Shown piece after piece: positions 17,367-27,948 of a stretch of DNA of 64,000 bases (positions are counted from its first letter, which is position 1; every line of letters starts with the position of its first letter). Made by a program: the position numbers and the translations under genes. The notes beneath the pieces are model-generated. The model worked only from the letters and a program-made list of their open reading frames with translations, searched no databases and had not been told where the DNA came from. The DNA is from a virus (taxonomy: Duplodnaviria; Caudoviricetes), in IMG/VR virus record IMGVR_UViG_3300037419_000693, positions 780 through 64,779 of that record; one strand, given 5' to 3'.

Positions 17367-19036
17367 TGCGAAAACCAAAAATACTGCTTGTCAATGAATA
17401 CTCCCAGCTAGCAACCGGATATTCAGTCTACGGCAACGAGGTGCTGAAACGATGGCACGCGACCGGCAAGTATGAAGTTGCCGAACTCGCCTGCTACATC
17501 TCACCCGACGACCACAGATTTGCAAACCGAGACATCCCATGGACCGTGTTCCCTGGCATGCCCATGATGTCTTCCGCCAGAGACGTCAACGACTTCAATT
17601 CCGACAAGCTGAATCAGTTTGGTGCGTGGAACTTTGAAGAGGTGTGTCTCAAGTTTCAACCCGACTTTGTTGTTGATATTCGTGACCACTGGATGATGGA
17701 GTTTGAGGAACGTTCGCCGTTTCGTCGCTTCTACCATTGGGTTGTGATGCCAACAGTCGACGCTGCCCCGCAGCAAGAACAGTGGATTGCTTCCTACATG
17801 AACGCCGATGCGGTGTTCACCTACAGCGATTGGGGTCTGAAGACTCTCCAAGAGGAAGGCGGGGGAATTATCAGGGCAATGGGGTCGGCCCCGCCCGGTG
17901 GCGACCTGACTACCTTCTACCCGATGGACCGTAAGCGGATTAGGAGTATCTTCGGGGTTGAGGACGACGCCCTAATCATCGGGACGGTCATGCGTAATCA
18001 GGCCCGCAAACTCTATCCCGAGTTGATGGAATCCTACGCGAAGTTCCTGAAACAAGCACCGGCCGACATCGCCCGGCGTTCCGCCCTGTATCTCCACACG
18101 AGCTATCCAGACCAAGGTTGGGACATCCCACGACTCATCAAGAAACACGGCATCGGCCACAAGACCTTGATGACGTACAAATGCCGCGAGCCGCAATGTG
18201 CGACTGTTTTCCCCGCCTTCTTCATGGACGCGAGGGGAGCGTGTCCGAACTGCAAGCAGATGTCAGCATTCATCCCCAACGTCCAGATTGGCGTTGACCG
18301 AGCAACCCTCGCGAAGATTATCAACATCTTTGACGTTTATGTGCAGTATGCCAACTCGGAAGGTTTTGGTATGCCGCAAGTCGAGGCGGCAAGCTGCGGT
18401 ATCCCGGTGTTCGCCACCGACTACTCAGCGATGTCCGATGTTGTCCGTAAGGTCCACGGCTATCCCATCAAGGTAGACCGCTACATCCTTGAGGGCGACT
18501 TCGGGTCTTACCGAGCATGGCCCGACAATCAGGACTTCATTGACAAGCTGATTAAATTCTTGTCCAAGAGTCCAAATGAGCGGATTGGTCTGGGCAAGAA
18601 AGCGAGAGAGGGTGTCGAGAAGCACTATCGCTGGGAAGACACGGCCAGGAAATGGGAAAGCGTGTTTGACTCCCTCCCACTACGGGACTTGTCGGAAACT
18701 TGGAATTCGCCCCCGCGACTCCATCAGCCCACCATCCCACAGGGCGACTTTAGTAGCAATGAGCAATTCGTAAGATGGTGCATCGAGAATGTGTTTGGTA
18801 AGCCTGAGTTTGCGAATAGCTACATGGCTTTGAGAATGATTCGCGACCTAAATTGGGGGATGCGGTCACACGGACAGTCGAGCAAGAGTTATCACAACGA
18901 AACATCGTTCTCATCCAACAGTACGATGATGGGGCGATTTACAGAACAGCACGTCGTAGAGGAATTAGGAAAGCTATGTCAGACATGGAATCTATGGGAA
19001 ACGAGACGGCAACAGGTAACCGAGTCGAAGCGTTGA
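17366..19036 (+). CDS. GT-B glycosyltransferase (GT4-like) with Cys-rich insert
   Basis: GTVMRNQARKLYP, EGFGMPQVEAASCGIPVFATDYSAM; insert CREPQC...CPNC. Confidence 0.9.
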   Translation: MRKPKILLVNEYSQLATGYSVYGNEVLKRWHATGKYEVAELACYISPDDHRFANRDIPWTVFPGMPMMSSARDVNDFNSDKLNQFGAWNFEEVCLKFQPDFVVDIRDHWMMEFEERSPFRRFYHWVVMPTVDAAPQQEQWIASYMNADAVFTYSDWGLKTLQEEGGGIIRAMGSAPPGGDLTTFYPMDRKRIRSIFGVEDDALIIGTVMRNQARKLYPELMESYAKFLKQAPADIARRSALYLHTSYPDQGWDIPRLIKKHGIGHKTLMTYKCREPQCATVFPAFFMDARGACPNCKQMSAFIPNVQIGVDRATLAKIINIFDVYVQYANSEGFGMPQVEAASCGIPVFATDYSAMSDVVRKVHGYPIKVDRYILEGDFGSYRAWPDNQDFIDKLIKFLSKSPNERIGLGKKAREGVEKHYRWEDTARKWESVFDSLPLRDLSETWNSPPRLHQPTIPQGDFSSNEQFVRWCIENVFGKPEFANSYMALRMIRDLNWGMRSHGQSSKSYHNETSFSSNSTMMGRFTEQHVVEELGKLCQTWNLWETRRQQVTESKR

Positions 19037-19350
19037 GAGAGGATTTGAGGGTGGATGTCAAAAAGCTGACGCCCGCCAAGGGTGACGTGCTAATCGTCTC
19101 TCCTCGCAATCCTCGATACATCTTGTCCGAGCAATATGTTGAGTTCTTGCATGATGGTCTGAAAAAGGTTGCTAATGGTGCTTCTGTCATCATCGCCACT
19201 GACCAACTTTCGAAACTCAACAACATCAAGCCTCCCTCTAACGAACAAATTGATATGCATTACGATTCTCCTATCCAGAAAGTTGTTTTTATGGAAGGAT
19301 GGCACGCTGCCATGGAAACCGTGACGAAAGTGTTGAATAATGTTGGGTAA
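19033..19350 (+). CDS. hypothetical protein
   Basis: TTG start overlapping the upstream TGA. Confidence 0.5.
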   Translation: MREDLRVDVKKLTPAKGDVLIVSPRNPRYILSEQYVEFLHDGLKKVANGASVIIATDQLSKLNNIKPPSNEQIDMHYDSPIQKVVFMEGWHAAMETVTKVLNNVG

Positions 19351-20443
19351 GAACTTCCCCAAGCTATACAAGCGGTCGTCCACTGGCAAGATTCAAGAGT
19401 GGATGATTCAAGCCTATGTCGATTTAAAGAATGGCGATGCGGGCTACGAAGTTGTTTTCGGTCAAGTCGACGGGAAGATGCAACGGACCAAGACCGAAAT
19501 CTCCATCGGCAAGAACATCGGCAAGGCTAACGAGACCAAGCCGTTCGAACAGGCGTGCTCCGAGGCCGAGTCCAAGTGGAAGAAACAGCTAGACAAGGGC
19601 TACTCGACAAATCCCGAGGGCAAGTCGCTCGCGACGAAGCCGATGCTGGCCCACGACTACCAGAAGTACAAGCACCAAGTTAACTTCCCTGCCTTCGTTC
19701 AGAAAAAACTAGACGGTATTCGCTGTATCGCCATTCGTCACCCGAAACGTGTCGAGCTTCTCTCACGGATGGGGAAGCCGATCGAAACGATGGACCATAT
19801 CGTCAAGCAGTTAGAGCATGCGATGGAGCCAGGCGAGATTTGGGACGGAGAACTCTATGTTCACGGAGTCCCGTTTCAGCAAATCGCATCTTGGGTGAAA
19901 CGAAGGCAGGAGAATAGTCTGCTTGTTCAGTACCACGTCTACGACTGTATTGGTGACGGGAACTTTAACCAGCGATATGGGGATGTGGACAACATCATCT
20001 ACGTTGAGGAACACGACAACATCAAGACGGTGAGTTGGGCTGTGGTCAATAGCCACGAAGAAGTCAAGGCGAAGCACGACGAGTATGTCTTGGCTGGTTA
20101 TGAGGGGGCGATGCTGAGGCACAACGGCTGCCCCTACAAGGCCGGGTATCGTAGCCGCGACTTGCTCAAGGTCAAGGAATTTACCGACGAAGAGTTCAAG
20201 ATTGTCGGGGCGAATGAGGGCGTCGGTAAATTCAAGGGTATGGCAACCTTCACATGCGTTACGAAGGATGGGACGAAGTTCGAATGCACGCCCAAGGGCG
20301 ACGAAGCACAGCGTAGCGAATACTGGACGAATCGCAAGAAATACATCGGGAAGAAGTTGACGGTACGCTTCTTCGAATGGACGGACTCAACACCGCCCGT
20401 GCCTCGCTTCCCTGTTGGAATCACAATCAGAGATTACGAATGA
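19340..20443 (+). CDS. ATP-dependent DNA ligase
   Basis: Motif I QKKLDGIRC, III WDGELY, IIIa YHVYD, IV GYEGAMLR, V LLKVKEF; OB domain ending RFPVG. Confidence 0.95.
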   Translation: MLGKNFPKLYKRSSTGKIQEWMIQAYVDLKNGDAGYEVVFGQVDGKMQRTKTEISIGKNIGKANETKPFEQACSEAESKWKKQLDKGYSTNPEGKSLATKPMLAHDYQKYKHQVNFPAFVQKKLDGIRCIAIRHPKRVELLSRMGKPIETMDHIVKQLEHAMEPGEIWDGELYVHGVPFQQIASWVKRRQENSLLVQYHVYDCIGDGNFNQRYGDVDNIIYVEEHDNIKTVSWAVVNSHEEVKAKHDEYVLAGYEGAMLRHNGCPYKAGYRSRDLLKVKEFTDEEFKIVGANEGVGKFKGMATFTCVTKDGTKFECTPKGDEAQRSEYWTNRKKYIGKKLTVRFFEWTDSTPPVPRFPVGITIRDYE

Positions 20444-20664
20444 AAATCAACGCACCAGAAACAGGCAGAAAGCCCCTAAGTTTCATCAATAATGGTGAGG
20501 TGTTCCGATACGAAGGCAACTTTTACATCCGAACAAACGGTACTCTCCACGTCAAGAACGACCCCGATGTTGTTTTCGGAGTTAAGTTGGAAGATGGTAT
20601 CTTGACTCAATTTGGAAAACATACACTCGTTACTCCTATTGACGGAGAGTTTGACGTCAAATGA
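20440..20664 (+). CDS. small hypothetical protein
   Basis: ATGA overlaps at both ends. Confidence 0.55.
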   Translation: MKINAPETGRKPLSFINNGEVFRYEGNFYIRTNGTLHVKNDPDVVFGVKLEDGILTQFGKHTLVTPIDGEFDVK

Positions 20665-21797
20665 AAGTCCTATATCTAGGCGTGTATAAGGACGGCACCG
20701 GGTATGCAAAAGCCGCCCAAGACTACATTCTTGCTTTGGATTCGGCTGGGGTCGACGTTGTCCCCCGCCCTATCAAGCTGAATGGGTCACAGCCAAAAAT
20801 CCCTGACCGCATCTTAGAGTTGGAAGCCAAGCCGAATCGCGGCCCGTACGACGCCGTCATTCAGCACATCTTGCCGTCATTCTTCGACTACAACGGATAT
20901 ATTCCTCAGAATATCGGGATGTACGCCACGGAGACGGATAGGCTACCCCCGGAATGGGTGGACAAGGTCAACACCATGGACCGGGCATGGGTGTTTAACG
21001 AGTCGAGCCTTACAGCCTCGCATACGAGCGGCGTGAGAGTCCCGGTCAAGGTCATGCCCCACGCGGCCGACGTTACGAGATATCAGAAACGGTATTCGCC
21101 GTTGCCAATCAAAGATGTCATCAAGGATGATTTCACTTTTTATTTCATAGGCGAATACAATAAGCGGAAGAACTTCGCCGCATTACTCCAAGCGTTCCAC
21201 CTCGAATTCGAGCCAGAGGAACCAGTTCAACTGGTTCTCAAGTTCAGTTGCCCGATTCCCATCAAAGACGAAATCGAAGCCATTCGGTTTAGTCACGAAA
21301 TCGAGAACTACATCAAGCGACTGAAAGATATGATGAAGATTCACGCTTCGGCTGAATCTTATAAGAAGGAAATCGTTATCTCTCAATCTCTGTCCGAGAC
21401 GGACATTATGAGACTTCACGCAACGGGCGACTGCTTTGTATGTCCGTCTCACGGAGAGGCGTGGTGCATCCCGGCGTTTGACGCCATGGCGATGGGCAAG
21501 ACCCCAATCGTCACCGACCACGGCGGGTTCCGCGAGTACATCGACCACTTTACGGGCTACCTAGTCGATTCGACACCGGCCCCGGTGTTTGGCATGGAGA
21601 ACAACTCACTACCGGGTATGTTCACCAGTCGCGAACGTTGGCGTCAGGTCGACATCGACCATCTACGACTCGCGATGAGGGTGGCGTACAACGACAGGGG
21701 CAACAACCGCAAGGTTGCCGGTGGAATCAAACGGGCTTATGACTTCAGTTATGAGAAAGTTGGAGCCAGGATGGTGGAGAAGTTGAATGGATCATGA
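20661..21797 (+). CDS. GT-B glycosyltransferase (GT4-like)
   Basis: GYAKAA, FYFIGEYNKRKN, SHGEAWCIPAFDAMAMGKTPIVTDHGG. Confidence 0.9.
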   Translation: MKVLYLGVYKDGTGYAKAAQDYILALDSAGVDVVPRPIKLNGSQPKIPDRILELEAKPNRGPYDAVIQHILPSFFDYNGYIPQNIGMYATETDRLPPEWVDKVNTMDRAWVFNESSLTASHTSGVRVPVKVMPHAADVTRYQKRYSPLPIKDVIKDDFTFYFIGEYNKRKNFAALLQAFHLEFEPEEPVQLVLKFSCPIPIKDEIEAIRFSHEIENYIKRLKDMMKIHASAESYKKEIVISQSLSETDIMRLHATGDCFVCPSHGEAWCIPAFDAMAMGKTPIVTDHGGFREYIDHFTGYLVDSTPAPVFGMENNSLPGMFTSRERWRQVDIDHLRLAMRVAYNDRGNNRKVAGGIKRAYDFSYEKVGARMVEKLNGS

Positions 21798-22299
21798 ACA
21801 ACTAAAGCGTGATTACGACGCACGCTTCTCATTGGGTCTGTCTGTTAGTCGTGAGAAGATTCTCGGCGTTATGGGCTGGGTGGTTGCCCAAAAACAACCC
21901 GGCGAACGTCCAAAGTTTCTCATCGACCCCATTACGAGAACGTGGGGGACGCTACTCGACTGCAAGTCTTTCGTCACGAAAGAGAAGGCGGAAGAGTACA
22001 TGCGTCCCCTCTGGGACGGATTTGGCATCAACTGGCACTATATAGTCGCTTCGCCACATAGGGGATATTGCGGCTTCTACAATATTCAGCTACGCGACTA
22101 CTATCTTACGGAGTCGTGGTATCTACAAGACGCCAAACGTATCGACTATCTCGACAACCTTTTTGATGGCAACTTGAACAGAGACGAAGAGTACATCATT
22201 CATACAAAATGGTCTTCGGACTATGAAGACGCCTATCAATTCGCTAACCCGGTCGAAGCCCAAAAGTTGATGCTGGAAATCTTGAAAGGAAACAAATGA
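21787..22299 (+). CDS. hypothetical protein (Trp/Tyr-rich)
   Basis: 170-aa ORF in operon. Confidence 0.6.
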   Translation: MDHEQLKRDYDARFSLGLSVSREKILGVMGWVVAQKQPGERPKFLIDPITRTWGTLLDCKSFVTKEKAEEYMRPLWDGFGINWHYIVASPHRGYCGFYNIQLRDYYLTESWYLQDAKRIDYLDNLFDGNLNRDEEYIIHTKWSSDYEDAYQFANPVEAQKLMLEILKGNK

Positions 22300-22892
22300 T
22301 TAGCCTACAAGAAACGTTCGACGACCTGTATCGTAATCCTCGCGACCCAATGATTCTTCCATACACAGCACAACAGGTTGTCCGCAAGCCGATCGACCGC
22401 AAGCCAAAGTTGTATTTCACTATAGGCTTGCAGCGTAGCGGAAAGTCCACGTACTGCACACGATGGGCACAGAATCTAGAAATGCCAGGTGACCGCTATC
22501 CTAGAGCAATCGTTTGTGCAGACAGTATTCGCCTGGCATTTCATGGAGAGCGGTATCTCCGAAAGCCCGAGCCGTTCATCTTCACGTTCGACACCCTGAT
22601 GATTCAATCGCTCTTGGAACGTGGCCACGACGTCATCGCAGACGAGACGGCAACCACTGAGCGGAGTATCCGTAGAATCCTTCAGATAGACATCGATGCT
22701 CAACATATCGTTGTCGACACACCAAAGGATGTCTGTCAACAGCGAGCAATCGCAACCGGCCAAGACGACTTGATTCCTGTAATTGAGCGAGCGAGTGTGC
22801 AATTCGAGAAGCTACGTCGGATTGGCTTTGATGTTGCGGTGGAGCGAGTCAGGGAAGCTGTGAGGAATCGTAATGATAATCAGGTTCTTTAA
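22296..22892 (+). CDS. P-loop kinase, polynucleotide-kinase-like (kinase domain only)
   Basis: TIGLQRSGKST, DSIRLA, VIADET, CQQRA lid-like motif. Confidence 0.8.
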   Translation: MISLQETFDDLYRNPRDPMILPYTAQQVVRKPIDRKPKLYFTIGLQRSGKSTYCTRWAQNLEMPGDRYPRAIVCADSIRLAFHGERYLRKPEPFIFTFDTLMIQSLLERGHDVIADETATTERSIRRILQIDIDAQHIVVDTPKDVCQQRAIATGQDDLIPVIERASVQFEKLRRIGFDVAVERVREAVRNRNDNQVL

Positions 22893-23160
22893 GCGACTTT
22901 GGAGAAGGGTCGTCAGATGCTTCTCCTGGGATGCCGCCCGGTTCTACGTGATGGGCTGGCACGATTCCATGTATATGGATTACCAGCCACCTAGAGAGTT
23001 TGATTATTACGGCAAAGAAAAGCTGTGTGAATTCCGACTCGCTCATTACGAGGATGGTTGGAACATGGAAGTATATTACAACATCAGACTCGACAACAAC
23101 CAACGGCGAGCAAGGATAATCGAGGATAGAAATGTCAGGAATAATCGGAAGTTTAACTAG
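22873..23160 (+). CDS. hypothetical protein
   Basis: 95-aa ORF in operon. Confidence 0.5.
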   Translation: MIIRFFKRLWRRVVRCFSWDAARFYVMGWHDSMYMDYQPPREFDYYGKEKLCEFRLAHYEDGWNMEVYYNIRLDNNQRRARIIEDRNVRNNRKFN

Positions 23161-24238
23161 AGCGGCGACCCGTAAAGAGGATGGTCCGCTCAATATTCTC
23201 ACGTTTCCGACTCATGAAGCGTACGAAACGAATTTGGCCAGGACCGGCCACAACTTCTACGCCTATCGCGACCAGACGGTGAAGGATTGGAACTATTCGT
23301 ATCGGCAGCTTCCATCCAACTACACGCTGTTCAACCCCCTGAAGGGTCCGGCACAAATTCCAGCCGACCTAGACTTCGACCTAGTCTTATCTCAAAACAA
23401 GTTCGGCCAGTTCGAACTATCGAAACGGTTTGCCGACACGTTGCACTTGCCGCTAATCAGCCTTGAGCACACTTTACCACATCCAACCTGGACGCCATCT
23501 CACTTAGCGAAACTCAAAGAGTTGAGCGGAGACGTCAACGTCTTCATCGCTGAGTATTCCCGCAAGGAATGGGGATGGGGCGAGAACGAAGCGTCCGTAA
23601 TCCATCACGGTATCGACACTGAGGTATTCTCTCCGCGAGAAGACTTCCCGCGAGAAGCCCACCTGTTATCGGTGGTGAACGACTGGATTAATCGGGACTG
23701 GTGCTGTGGTTTTCGCTTTTGGCGGGAGGCTACTGACGGTCTTCCCGTTTGTGTGCTAGGAGCGACACCGGGCCTGTCTGAACCAGCGAAAACCTTGGAT
23801 GAGTTAGTCTACGCTTACCGACGCAGTCTCATCTTTGTGAATACATCGACGGTATCGCCAGTGCCGACAGCTTTGCTGGAGGCAATGGCTAGTGGATGTT
23901 GTGTAGTCACAACAGCCACCTGCATGATTCCGGAGATTATCCAGCACGGCGTTAACGGGTATTTGTGCGACTCCCCCCAACAGATGAAGAACATTCTGTT
24001 GAGGTTGCTCGACGACCCGGAGCACTGTGCGAAACTCGGAGAAGCAGCCCGCCTGACCATCCTGACACGTTTTAACCTGAATTCGTTTACGAATTCTTGG
24101 AACAACATATTCAGGCATGCAGCGGCCATTGTCAAACACCGGTCAAACGTGCCCAAGGCACTACAGAAAACAGAGCGTGAACCTAAAGAGTTAACGGCAC
24201 GCTTGCCTAATACGTGGGACGGAAGAGAAATCGTGTGA
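23132..24238 (+). CDS. GT-B glycosyltransferase (GT4-like)
   Basis: IHHGIDTEVF, PTALLEAMASGCCVV, EIIQHGVNGYL, LGEAARLTI. Confidence 0.9.
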   Translation: MSGIIGSLTRAATRKEDGPLNILTFPTHEAYETNLARTGHNFYAYRDQTVKDWNYSYRQLPSNYTLFNPLKGPAQIPADLDFDLVLSQNKFGQFELSKRFADTLHLPLISLEHTLPHPTWTPSHLAKLKELSGDVNVFIAEYSRKEWGWGENEASVIHHGIDTEVFSPREDFPREAHLLSVVNDWINRDWCCGFRFWREATDGLPVCVLGATPGLSEPAKTLDELVYAYRRSLIFVNTSTVSPVPTALLEAMASGCCVVTTATCMIPEIIQHGVNGYLCDSPQQMKNILLRLLDDPEHCAKLGEAARLTILTRFNLNSFTNSWNNIFRHAAAIVKHRSNVPKALQKTEREPKELTARLPNTWDGREIV

Positions 24239-24786
24239 TAAAGAATCGAGACGACCACTGGACAGAAAAACGATGGGCCTTATTCCTCAAAACCAAGATT
24301 ATAGACAAAGGACTAGTGTCTTATAAGGAACTAGCAGCCTTAACTCTAGGTCATCTGAACCCACCCCAGGTCGGCACCTCTATCGCTAGCAAGAAAACCT
24401 TTCAGGCTCAATTTCCTAAACGTGAATGCTGGGCTGCCGTCAAGGAATGGCTATACAGTCAGAATGGAAAGTGTACAGACTGCGGAACTCGTATCGAACT
24501 CCAGGTGGACCATGTCGTCCCCAGAGAGGAAAAGGGAGACTCGGCGGATAGGTTAGACAACTTAGCGTTGCGTTGTAGGCGTTGCAACGTAACGAGACGA
24601 CCATCACATAAGAACGGCGGGAAAACGTCCTTGACGACAGAAGCGGCCCTAATGTGGATTCTATTCAGTCAAAAACCCGAGTCCTACGAAGAGTACAAGA
24701 AGTTATGTCGGGATTATGGTTTGACGATGTCTGACATTAGAATACAAGAGGCATGGGTAATGTCGAAGTGGACTGGAAAGGAATAA
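24235..24786 (+). CDS. HNH endonuclease
   Basis: CTDCG...QVDHVVP...DNLALRCRRCN; GTG start overlapping the upstream stop (ORF track gives 24214). Confidence 0.85.
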   Translation: MIKNRDDHWTEKRWALFLKTKIIDKGLVSYKELAALTLGHLNPPQVGTSIASKKTFQAQFPKRECWAAVKEWLYSQNGKCTDCGTRIELQVDHVVPREEKGDSADRLDNLALRCRRCNVTRRPSHKNGGKTSLTTEAALMWILFSQKPESYEEYKKLCRDYGLTMSDIRIQEAWVMSKWTGKE

Positions 24787-24795
24787 GGACAAGAA

Positions 24796-25788
24796 ATGAG
24801 TAGCTTCAGCACCGTATCACTAAGCAAAATCCAGAAGCTTGAAAAACACCCCGACGCCGATGCCCTGGACATCGTTGAAGTCGATGGTTGCCCGGCAATC
24901 GTGAAGCGAGGAGAGTTCAAGGCGGGGGAAGATGTCGTCTCTGTCCCCTTCGACATGATTATCCCCGACAGCGAAGAGTTCGATGAGATGTTCCGGAAGA
25001 GGCGTGTCAAGCCTGTGCGACTCCGGGGAATCTTTAGTATGGCTATCGTCCTAAAGAACAAGTGGGGCTTTAAAGAGGGCGACGACATAGGTGAGGCACT
25101 AGGTATCGTTAAGTGGGAACCAGCCGCCGAGAAGATGATGAACCTCCGGACGGGCGTTCCATTCGACGAGGCAACTCCCCCGCCTGGTATCTCGGTCGGT
25201 AAGTATGACCTTGAGAGTCTCCGAAAGTACCACAGCAAGTTTGAACTTGGAGAGGAAGTGGTTATTACCGAGAAGATTCACGGCACCAACGCCAAGTTCG
25301 TGTTTGTCGACGGGAAGTTGTATGTTGGTTCGCGTTCCCACTGGCTCAAAGAAGAGAACGGTGGAATATATTGGGAAATAGCTAAGAGATATGAGCTAGC
25401 CGACAAGCTACGCGGCTATTCTAAGATGGTGCTGTTCGGCGAAATATACGGACAGGTACAGAAGGGGTACACATATGGCGTACCCAAGGGTAACACTCTT
25501 TTCGCAGCGTTTGACCTATACAACGGTTTTACAAATGACTTTCTATCATGGGATAGTTTCTGCAATTTTTCCAAGATAAGCGGGATTCCTTCCACACCTT
25601 TCATCTATCGCGGACCATGGCTCGGTTTCGAAGCCCATGCTGAGATGGCTGAGGGCGAGTCGTTATACGGGGGTAACATCCGAGAGGGGTTTGTGGTCAA
25701 GCCCGTCGTCGACCGCTATGACAGAAGCGTTGGGCGGATGTCGCTCAAGCTACACGGACAAGGCTACTTGCTTTCCAAGAGGGGGTGA
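24796..25788 (+). CDS. ATP-dependent RNA ligase, DRB0094-like with N-terminal OB domain
   Basis: N-terminal KHPDADALDIVEV; motif I TEKIHGTN, LFGEIYG, FAAFDL, REGFVVKP, SLK. Confidence 0.9.
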   Translation: MSSFSTVSLSKIQKLEKHPDADALDIVEVDGCPAIVKRGEFKAGEDVVSVPFDMIIPDSEEFDEMFRKRRVKPVRLRGIFSMAIVLKNKWGFKEGDDIGEALGIVKWEPAAEKMMNLRTGVPFDEATPPPGISVGKYDLESLRKYHSKFELGEEVVITEKIHGTNAKFVFVDGKLYVGSRSHWLKEENGGIYWEIAKRYELADKLRGYSKMVLFGEIYGQVQKGYTYGVPKGNTLFAAFDLYNGFTNDFLSWDSFCNFSKISGIPSTPFIYRGPWLGFEAHAEMAEGESLYGGNIREGFVVKPVVDRYDRSVGRMSLKLHGQGYLLSKRG

Positions 25789-25789
25789 T

Positions 25790-26080
25790 ATGGAACACTG
25801 GAAACAACGACAACTAGCGAACGGACAGTTCCCCATTCCGGGGGCGAGGAATATTAGGCCGATAGTATTCAAAGACCAACTGATAGGTACTAGACCTACC
25901 ACTGAAGCGATGTACGCTAGCTATGATTGGCTCGCCCACTGCAAATATAAGGTCATCAAGGAAGTCTTCGTTCCCAACGGTGACTATGTCCAGGAATCGG
26001 GAGACTCCAAAAGGACTCCCAAAGGCACACTCACACTCGTAATCGAGATATTCAATGAAAATCAATCTCCTACTAGCTGA
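25790..26080 (+). CDS. hypothetical protein
   Basis: ATG after GAGGGGG, 1 nt after the RNA ligase stop. Confidence 0.5.
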   Translation: MEHWKQRQLANGQFPIPGARNIRPIVFKDQLIGTRPTTEAMYASYDWLAHCKYKVIKEVFVPNGDYVQESGDSKRTPKGTLTLVIEIFNENQSPTS

Positions 26081-26528
26081 CAACAGCCCACGCTCTGGCT
26101 ATACCAACATCGACCCGCTCGCCCCGCCGAACGACCCGCTTCGCAAAGTTGGCGATTTTGGCGACTTGAATGAGCACGTTGATAATGCGGAATGCGATGA
26201 GCTAGTCGCCAACGATGTCCTTGACTTTCTTCCGGCCCACCAAATTGACGAGGTGCTCAACCATTGGGTGTCGAAGATTCGTCATGGCGGCACAATCACG
26301 GTGGGCGGGCTGGACCTGAGAGAAGTGGCACGCGGACTCGTCAAGCACGAACTCGGCATCGACGACGCCAACTTGCTAATCTACGGTGCCCAACAAGCGG
26401 CATGGCAACATCGCCGGTCGGCCACGACGATTCAAAACGTTCTAGCGGCTATGGCGTCCAGAGGGCTTCGCCCCCTCAAGAAACGGGTCGAAAACTACTT
26501 CTATATCATCACAATGGAGCGTCCCTAA
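26055..26528 (+). CDS. class I SAM-dependent methyltransferase-like protein (degenerate motif I)
   Basis: GYTNID...D..EHVDNAECDEL.A.DVLDFL...LNHWVSKIRHGGTI, resembling the small MTases of glycan loci; lacks GxG. Confidence 0.6.
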   Translation: MKINLLLADNSPRSGYTNIDPLAPPNDPLRKVGDFGDLNEHVDNAECDELVANDVLDFLPAHQIDEVLNHWVSKIRHGGTITVGGLDLREVARGLVKHELGIDDANLLIYGAQQAAWQHRRSATTIQNVLAAMASRGLRPLKKRVENYFYIITMERP

Positions 26529-27280
26529 TGGATACATCCTGCAAGCTGTGCGTTCTCGCAATCTACGAAGGAAACGTCCAGGTCGGTTGCGAACTTGGCA
26601 GACTCGACAAGTTCAAGACTGCCGGTGCAACACTTGAACTCAAGTCTGAAGACGACAAAGACTACTTTCTCATCAAGGATAGGGTGTGCAACGCCTGTAC
26701 CCAAGAATCAGCCATCGACGACATTCCGGCCAGAAAATGGAAGTCTGAAATCGAGAAGAGAACCGGCGTACGTTGCAATATGGCCATTTACGTCGGTCCG
26801 GAGCACTTCTTCACTGATGCGACGACATCCATATTCAGCATCATCAACCAAGAACATCCGCCGCTCGAAATCAAAGTGTTGCTCCACGGCGACCATAATG
26901 TTGGCGACTACATCGCCTTCATGAATACCCACGCCAAAGACTTCGATTGGAAGGTTGAAGAGGTTGTACTTGAAGGGGCCGACTACCACAAGGCGTTGGA
27001 CCTGACGATGGAGAATATCCAGTCGACCTTCTATACAGTGTCCAACGCTGGATATGAATACCGACTCGATTTCCTCTCCACTATCAACCGAGCCATCAAT
27101 GAGGACATGAAGCGATTCGTCGCCCTTCTCCCCGATGAGGACGGAAACGCCTTCTTTATCCAACGCGGCCTGTTTAAGATGGTTGGCGGCAATCGTGGAG
27201 TGCCCGTTATTCGGAAGCTTGAAGAGATTACCGAACACGAGAACACCACCCACATGGTCAAGAGGTTTGAAGACCTGTGA
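26528..27280 (+). CDS. hypothetical protein: Cys-rich N-terminus plus degenerate GT-A-like region
   Basis: CKLC...C...CNAC; later TSIFSIINQEHPPLEIKVL resembling the GT2 start; no clear DxD. Confidence 0.5.
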   Translation: MDTSCKLCVLAIYEGNVQVGCELGRLDKFKTAGATLELKSEDDKDYFLIKDRVCNACTQESAIDDIPARKWKSEIEKRTGVRCNMAIYVGPEHFFTDATTSIFSIINQEHPPLEIKVLLHGDHNVGDYIAFMNTHAKDFDWKVEEVVLEGADYHKALDLTMENIQSTFYTVSNAGYEYRLDFLSTINRAINEDMKRFVALLPDEDGNAFFIQRGLFKMVGGNRGVPVIRKLEEITEHENTTHMVKRFEDL

Positions 27281-27948
27281 AAATAGCATCCGTTATCACC
27301 AATTACAACTATGCCGACAGGGTCGGCCTGGCTATCGATAGCATCAAGCGTCAGACGTTACCGCCCGATGTTATCGTGGTCGTTGATGATTGGTCAACAG
27401 ACAATTCCATGAAGAGTTATCGGCCCTACGCTGATGACATTCACCTATTCCAGACCCGAGAACACTCGGGTCCATCTACCGCCAAGAATGTTGGTGTCGT
27501 CAATAGCCCCAAAGATATCAACCTGCTTGCTTTCTTGGATGCCGACGACACCTATCACCCTGGATTTATCGAGGAAGCCTTGAGACACTTCAAAGCTTTC
27601 CCCGACCTCGCTATCGTATACGCCGACACCATCGAGTACAACCACTCGACCGACATTTCACGAGTCATCTATCGCGAACCGTTTACAGTCGAACATCACG
27701 TTAGACAGGACGTTATCGGTGGCAACTTCATCGTTCGCAAAGACATCCTTGAGGTTGTGGGTGGCTTCGACCCCGACCTACAAGTCTTGGAAAACTACGA
27801 CTTGACCCGACGTATCGCACGACACTTCACCGCAATCCACATCCCAAAGCCGATGGTCAGTACGTGGGTTAGCCACAGGTGCTTGAGACAGAAAGCACCC
27901 GCCAGAGATTGGGAGAACGCCCTACAAAGAATCTATGCTAAGAACTAA
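27277..27948 (+). CDS. GT2 (GT-A) glycosyltransferase
   Basis: ITNYNY, VVVDDWSTDNS, GPSTAKNVG, FLDADD DxD, ENYDL. Confidence 0.92.
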   Translation: MKIASVITNYNYADRVGLAIDSIKRQTLPPDVIVVVDDWSTDNSMKSYRPYADDIHLFQTREHSGPSTAKNVGVVNSPKDINLLAFLDADDTYHPGFIEEALRHFKAFPDLAIVYADTIEYNHSTDISRVIYREPFTVEHHVRQDVIGGNFIVRKDILEVVGGFDPDLQVLENYDLTRRIARHFTAIHIPKPMVSTWVSHRCLRQKAPARDWENALQRIYAKN

